Source: an uncultured Desulfosarcina sp. (GTDB lineage: Bacteria > Desulfobacterota > Desulfobacteria > Desulfobacterales > Desulfosarcinaceae). From it: a stretch of 64,000 bases of DNA. The notes beneath the pieces are model-generated. The model saw only the letters and a program-made list of their open reading frames with translations. It was not told the origin of the DNA and ran no database searches. The stretch lies in assembly GCA_963674945.2 (NCBI GenBank), contig CAXXWQ010000004.1:1312001-1376000 (forward strand), written 5' to 3'. The position numbers and the translations under genes are program-made. The first letter of the stretch is position 1. Each line of letters begins with the position of its first letter. Below are positions 60,241 through 64,000 of the stretch, in pieces.

Positions 60241-62827
60241 GAACAATATTTACTAACTTGTTTTTAACAACAATCACCTTCTTAATAGGCTTACCATCAA
60301 CAAAACGATTGACCTTTTCCTCGGCCAGGGCCATTTTCTTCAAGGTCTCGCCGTCTGCATCCGCGGCGGCGGTGAACCGGGCACGCAATTTGCCATTCAC
60401 CTGGACCACCACTTCCACCTCTTCTTTCGCGGTGGCGGCCGGATCGAAGATGGGCCATGTCGTGAGCAAAATGCTTCGGTCGTGGCCCAATCTCTCCCAC
60501 AGCTCTTCGCAAAAGTGAGGCACGATGGGGGAAAGAAGCAGAACAGATGTCTTCAGTGCAAACCGCATGGTTTGACACAGGTCTGGCTCTGGATCGACTT
60601 CATCCATGGCCTGCATGGTATTGACCAACTCCATTACGGCACTGATGACCGTGTTGAAGTGAAACCGCTCCTCGATATCCTGGGTGACCCGGGAGATGGT
60701 TTCGTGGGTTTTTCGGAAAAGTTCCCTGGTCTGGACGTCCAGCGCCTCAATGCACGGTTGGCCGTTTGCTCCTTCCATCAGGGGAATCCAGCGTTGGGCC
60801 AGTCGCCAGACCCGCTGCAGGAATCGGTAGGAACCCTCCACCCCCTGTTCGCTCCACTCCAGGTCTCTCTCCGGCGGCGCCGCGAACAAGCAGAAGAGAC
60901 GGGTGGTATCGGCCCCGTATTGATCCAGCAGAACATTGGGATCGATGACATTCTTCTTGGATTTGGACATCTTTTCCACCCGTCCCAGGGTCACCGGTTG
61001 GTTGCATGAAACGCAGGACCGCGCCCCTTCGCCATCGTCCGTCACCTGATCGGGAAAGAGAAAGCCGTGTGTGGGACAACGCATGGTCTCTTTGCAGACC
61101 ATTCCCTGGGTGAGCAACCGGGTAAAGGGTTCCTTGAAAGTAACCAACCCCAGCGTTTCCAGCACCCGGGTGAAGTAGCGGGAATAAAGCAGGTGCAAGA
61201 TGGCGTGCTCCACGCCGCCGATGTACTGGTCCACCGGCATCCAGTAGTCCACCGTCTCCTTGTCGAACATGGCCGTATCACATCGGGGACTGCAGTACCG
61301 TTCGAAATACCAGGAGGACTCCACGAAGGTATCCATGGTATCCGTTTCACGTCGGGCATCCGTTCGGCCACAGCGTGGACATCTGGTTTTAGCGAATTCG
61401 GGCAACGTCGGCAGTGGCGATCGCCCCCCCGGCAACAGATCGACTTGTTCCGGTAAAACGATGGGCAGGTCCGATTCGGGAACGGGCACGACCCCACAAT
61501 CGTCACAATGGATCATGGGGATGGGGGCGCCCCAGTACCGCTGCCGGGAGATCCCCCAATCCCTCAGCCGGAAGCTGACGGTGCGTTTGCCGATATCGTT
61601 CTTTTCCATATAGTCGGCAATGGATTCCATCGCCTGGCGGTTGGCCATGCCGTCGAAATCCCCGGAATTTACCATGACCCCTTCGCCGGCGTATGCGGCT
61701 TCCATGGTATCTCCATTTAGGGATTCCCCTTTCGGGTTGACGACCACAACAATGGGCAGGCCGTACTTTCTGGCGAAATCGAAATCTCGCTGATCGTGGG
61801 CCGGCACCGACATGACCGCACCGGTGCCGTACTCCATGAGGGCGAAGTTGGCCGTGTAGACGGGCATGCGTCTGCCGTTCACGGGGTTGATGCAGTGGGC
61901 GCCGGTAAACACGCCTTCCTTCTCGTAGGTTTCGATGGCCTTACTGGATCGCTCCTGATGGGAAATCCGTTCGATGAAGTCCGCCACGGCCGCCGACTGC
62001 GGTGTACCGGCCGACAGTTCACCAACCATGGGATGTTCGGGTGCAAGGCACATGAAGGTGGCCCCGAACACCGTGTCCTGACGGGTCGTAAAGACACTGA
62101 TGACCGCATCGCTGCCTTCCACCGGAAAACGGATCTCTGCACCGACGCTCTTTCCGATCCAGTTACGCTGCATGGTGGTCACCTTGTCCGGCCAGCCGGG
62201 CAATTGATCGCAGTGCACCAAAAGATCTTCGGCAAAATCGGTGATCTTGAAAAACCACTGCCACAGTTTCTTCTGGCGAACCGGCTTGCCGCAACGCCAG
62301 CACATGCCCGCCTCCACCTGCTCATTGGCCAGCACCGTCTGGCATGGGTCGCACCAGTTTACATAAGACTCCTTTCGGTAGGCCATCTTTCGCTCGACCA
62401 TTTTCAGAAACAGCCACTGCTCCCATCGGTAATATTCGGGACGGCACGTGGCCAATTCACGTTTCCAGTCATAGGAAAACCCCAGCCGCTTGAGCTGCGC
62501 CCGCATGGTATCGATATTCTCATAGGTCCATTTGGCCGGATGGGTGTCGTTGGCGATGGCCGCATTCTCCGCCGGCATGCCGAAGGCATCCCAGCCCATG
62601 GGATGCAGAACGTTAAACCCCCGCATGCGTTTGTAACGTGCGACCACGTCACCGATGGTGTAATTTCTGACGTGCCCCATGTGGATCTTGCCCGATGGAT
62701 AGGGAAACATTTCCAGCAGATAATATTTTTCCTGGTCCGGTACGACCTTTACGTGAAATAATTTGTCCTGCTGCCACCGGTTTTGCCATTTGGCTTCAAT
62801 TGATTGGGGATGGTACCGATCGTCCAT
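60212..62827 (-). CDS. leuS: Leucine--tRNA ligase (C-terminus extended by IS sequence)
   Basis: MFPYPSG..HMGH (HIGH motif), [13 protein letters not shown]. Confidence 0.98.
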   Translation of the reverse strand: MDDRYHPQSIEAKWQNRWQQDKLFHVKVVPDQEKYYLLEMFPYPSGKIHMGHVRNYTIGDVVARYKRMRGFNVLHPMGWDAFGMPAENAAIANDTHPAKWTYENIDTMRAQLKRLGFSYDWKRELATCRPEYYRWEQWLFLKMVERKMAYRKESYVNWCDPCQTVLANEQVEAGMCWRCGKPVRQKKLWQWFFKITDFAEDLLVHCDQLPGWPDKVTTMQRNWIGKSVGAEIRFPVEGSDAVISVFTTRQDTVFGATFMCLAPEHPMVGELSAGTPQSAAVADFIERISHQERSSKAIETYEKEGVFTGAHCINPVNGRRMPVYTANFALMEYGTGAVMSVPAHDQRDFDFARKYGLPIVVVVNPKGESLNGDTMEAAYAGEGVMVNSGDFDGMANRQAMESIADYMEKNDIGKRTVSFRLRDWGISRQRYWGAPIPMIHCDDCGVVPVPESDLPIVLPEQVDLLPGGRSPLPTLPEFAKTRCPRCGRTDARRETDTMDTFVESSWYFERYCSPRCDTAMFDKETVDYWMPVDQYIGGVEHAILHLLYSRYFTRVLETLGLVTFKEPFTRLLTQGMVCKETMRCPTHGFLFPDQVTDDGEGARSCVSCNQPVTLGRVEKMSKSKKNVIDPNVLLDQYGADTTRLFCLFAAPPERDLEWSEQGVEGSYRFLQRVWRLAQRWIPLMEGANGQPCIEALDVQTRELFRKTHETISRVTQDIEERFHFNTVISAVMELVNTMQAMDEVDPEPDLCQTMRFALKTSVLLLSPIVPHFCEELWERLGHDRSILLTTWPIFDPAATAKEEVEVVVQVNGKLRARFTAAADADGETLKKMALAEEKVNRFVDGKPIKKVIVVKNKLVNIVPCFRGTKPD

Positions 62828-63339
62828 TTATCTTCCTATCTAATTATCAGTGTTGCGTCGGCAGTGCCATATTCGGTTTTCCCACGCGGGAGGATATCGT
62901 AATTTTTAAATATTGAGATGCTACACATCCTATGGAATCGCAGTTTTCTTAACCTGGGATCGTGGATTCTCTCATGCCACAAAGCCCGGTAAAGATCAAG
63001 AAGGGATAGGCGGCACCTTGCGAGCCAAGGCATTGAAAAAAATGGTATCTTCCACCCATGGGATCGTCCAAACCATCGGCCGAAAGGATCTTCCCTTCTG
63101 TGAAACGCATTAGCCGATACAAATTGAAAAATGCTTTTTATAAAAAGCTTTTCCCATTTCAACCAATCGGCAAAATAATTGAAGAATGAATTTCGTTCGT
63201 AATACTGTTTGGCGATCTATCGGTCTGGAAAAGCTTTTTCCGTATTGGCCGAAAATTCGTTGACTTGCATATAACAATCAATTATTTATACAGATTTGAG
63301 GTAGTCAACCTAAATGTGGAGGGTAATTTCGAAAAACGA

Positions 63340-64000
63340 ATGACCAGCAAAATTCTCATCAATGCAGTGGACCCGGAAGAGGTCCGGCTTGCCATTGTGA
63401 AAGATAGCCGCTTAGAGGAATTTCACATTGAAAGTGCTTCCAGGGAGATCCTGCACAGCAGTATCTACAAGGGCCAGATCACCCGTATCGAGCCCAGCCT
63501 GCAGGCCGTTTTCGTGGATTTTGGTGCAGAACGCCACGGATTCTTGCAAAAACAGGAGATTCACAGCGACTATTTCCAGGGAGCGCCATCCAATGGGAAA
63601 ACCATCCAGAACCTGGTCAAACGCGGTCAGGAGCTGATGGTACAGGTAACCAAGGACCCCATCATGAAGAAAGGGGCCATGCTCACCACCTATATTTCCC
63701 TGCCCGGCCGTTATGTGGTACTCATGCCGGGCAGTGATACGCTCGGTATTTCCCGCAAGATCGAGGACGAAAAGGAACGAAACCGGTTAAAGGAGATCCT
63801 GGAGAAATTGAATTTGCCGGAAGGGTTCGGCGTCATCGTTCGGACTGCCGGCCAGGGGTGCACCAAGACCGTGTTGACCAAGGATGTGCAATACCTTCTC
63901 CGGCTATGGAAGAACATCACCAACCGGGCCGTCAAAGCCCCCGCCCCTTCGACCCTTTACAAGGATCGAAACCTGGCCGTTCGCTCCATCCGTGATCATT
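63340..64000 (+). CDS. Rne/Rng-family ribonuclease (runs off window; not in ORF track)
   Basis: MTSKILINAVDPEEVRLAIV...IYKGQITRIEPSLQAVFVDFGAERHGFL...VQVTKDP..KGAMLTTYISLPGRYVVLMP. Confidence 0.95.
   Translation, partial: MTSKILINAVDPEEVRLAIVKDSRLEEFHIESASREILHSSIYKGQITRIEPSLQAVFVDFGAERHGFLQKQEIHSDYFQGAPSNGKTIQNLVKRGQELMVQVTKDPIMKKGAMLTTYISLPGRYVVLMPGSDTLGISRKIEDEKERNRLKEILEKLNLPEGFGVIVRTAGQGCTKTVLTKDVQYLLRLWKNITNRAVKAPAPSTLYKDRNLAVRSIRDH

Noticed and set aside
62836..63162. 108-aa ORF upstream of leuS, or a T-box-like leader
   Set aside because: No RBS, TTG start, atypical composition and no T-box motif seen; likely the divergent leuS/rne promoter region.

Overview
Chromosomal window from a GC-rich bacterium. 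Gene content and order suggest a Desulfobacterota member, possibly Desulfosarcina-like (inference). It has three parts. (1) 1-26.2 kb is a partly decayed metal, acid and heat-stress region: FtsH paralog, APC permease, CorA, Zra-type two-component remnants with an intact sigma54 promoter, a deleted CopA, a DnaJ/Hsp20 cluster, SLC13 permease, an amber-interrupted Nramp-USP fusion, a P3A H+-ATPase, a NarL-type two-component system, an acyltransferase and a secreted protein ending GGGGGCFI. (2) 26.2-38.5 kb is a ~12.2-kb AT-rich phage-satellite (PICI/P4-like) element integrated in tRNA-Cys with 49-bp att repeats; its integrase is split by an IS1380-family element. Inside it, and invisible in the ORF track, are two perfectly punctuated integron gene cassettes (an HNH nuclease and an unknown ORF, each with an attC site) behind a Pc-like promoter and attI-like site, with no IntI. 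It also holds a complete C4/CI-type 77-nt antisense-RNA switch, a Nu1-like small terminase with a cos-like site, scaffold-like proteins, a D5 helicase and an iteron-type origin. (3) 38.5-64 kb is housekeeping: tRNA-Gly, pgsA, fsa, folK, dapF, argBDGH, hslUV, xerC, nfeD/slipin, udg, coaBC, ftsB, murJ, rpsT, lptE, leuS and the start of rne/rng. This part carries a second IS1380 copy that rewrites the LeuS C-terminus, and two related heptamer-repeat hairpin elements next to C-depleted gene ends. All calls come from reading the sequence by eye; no searches were run.
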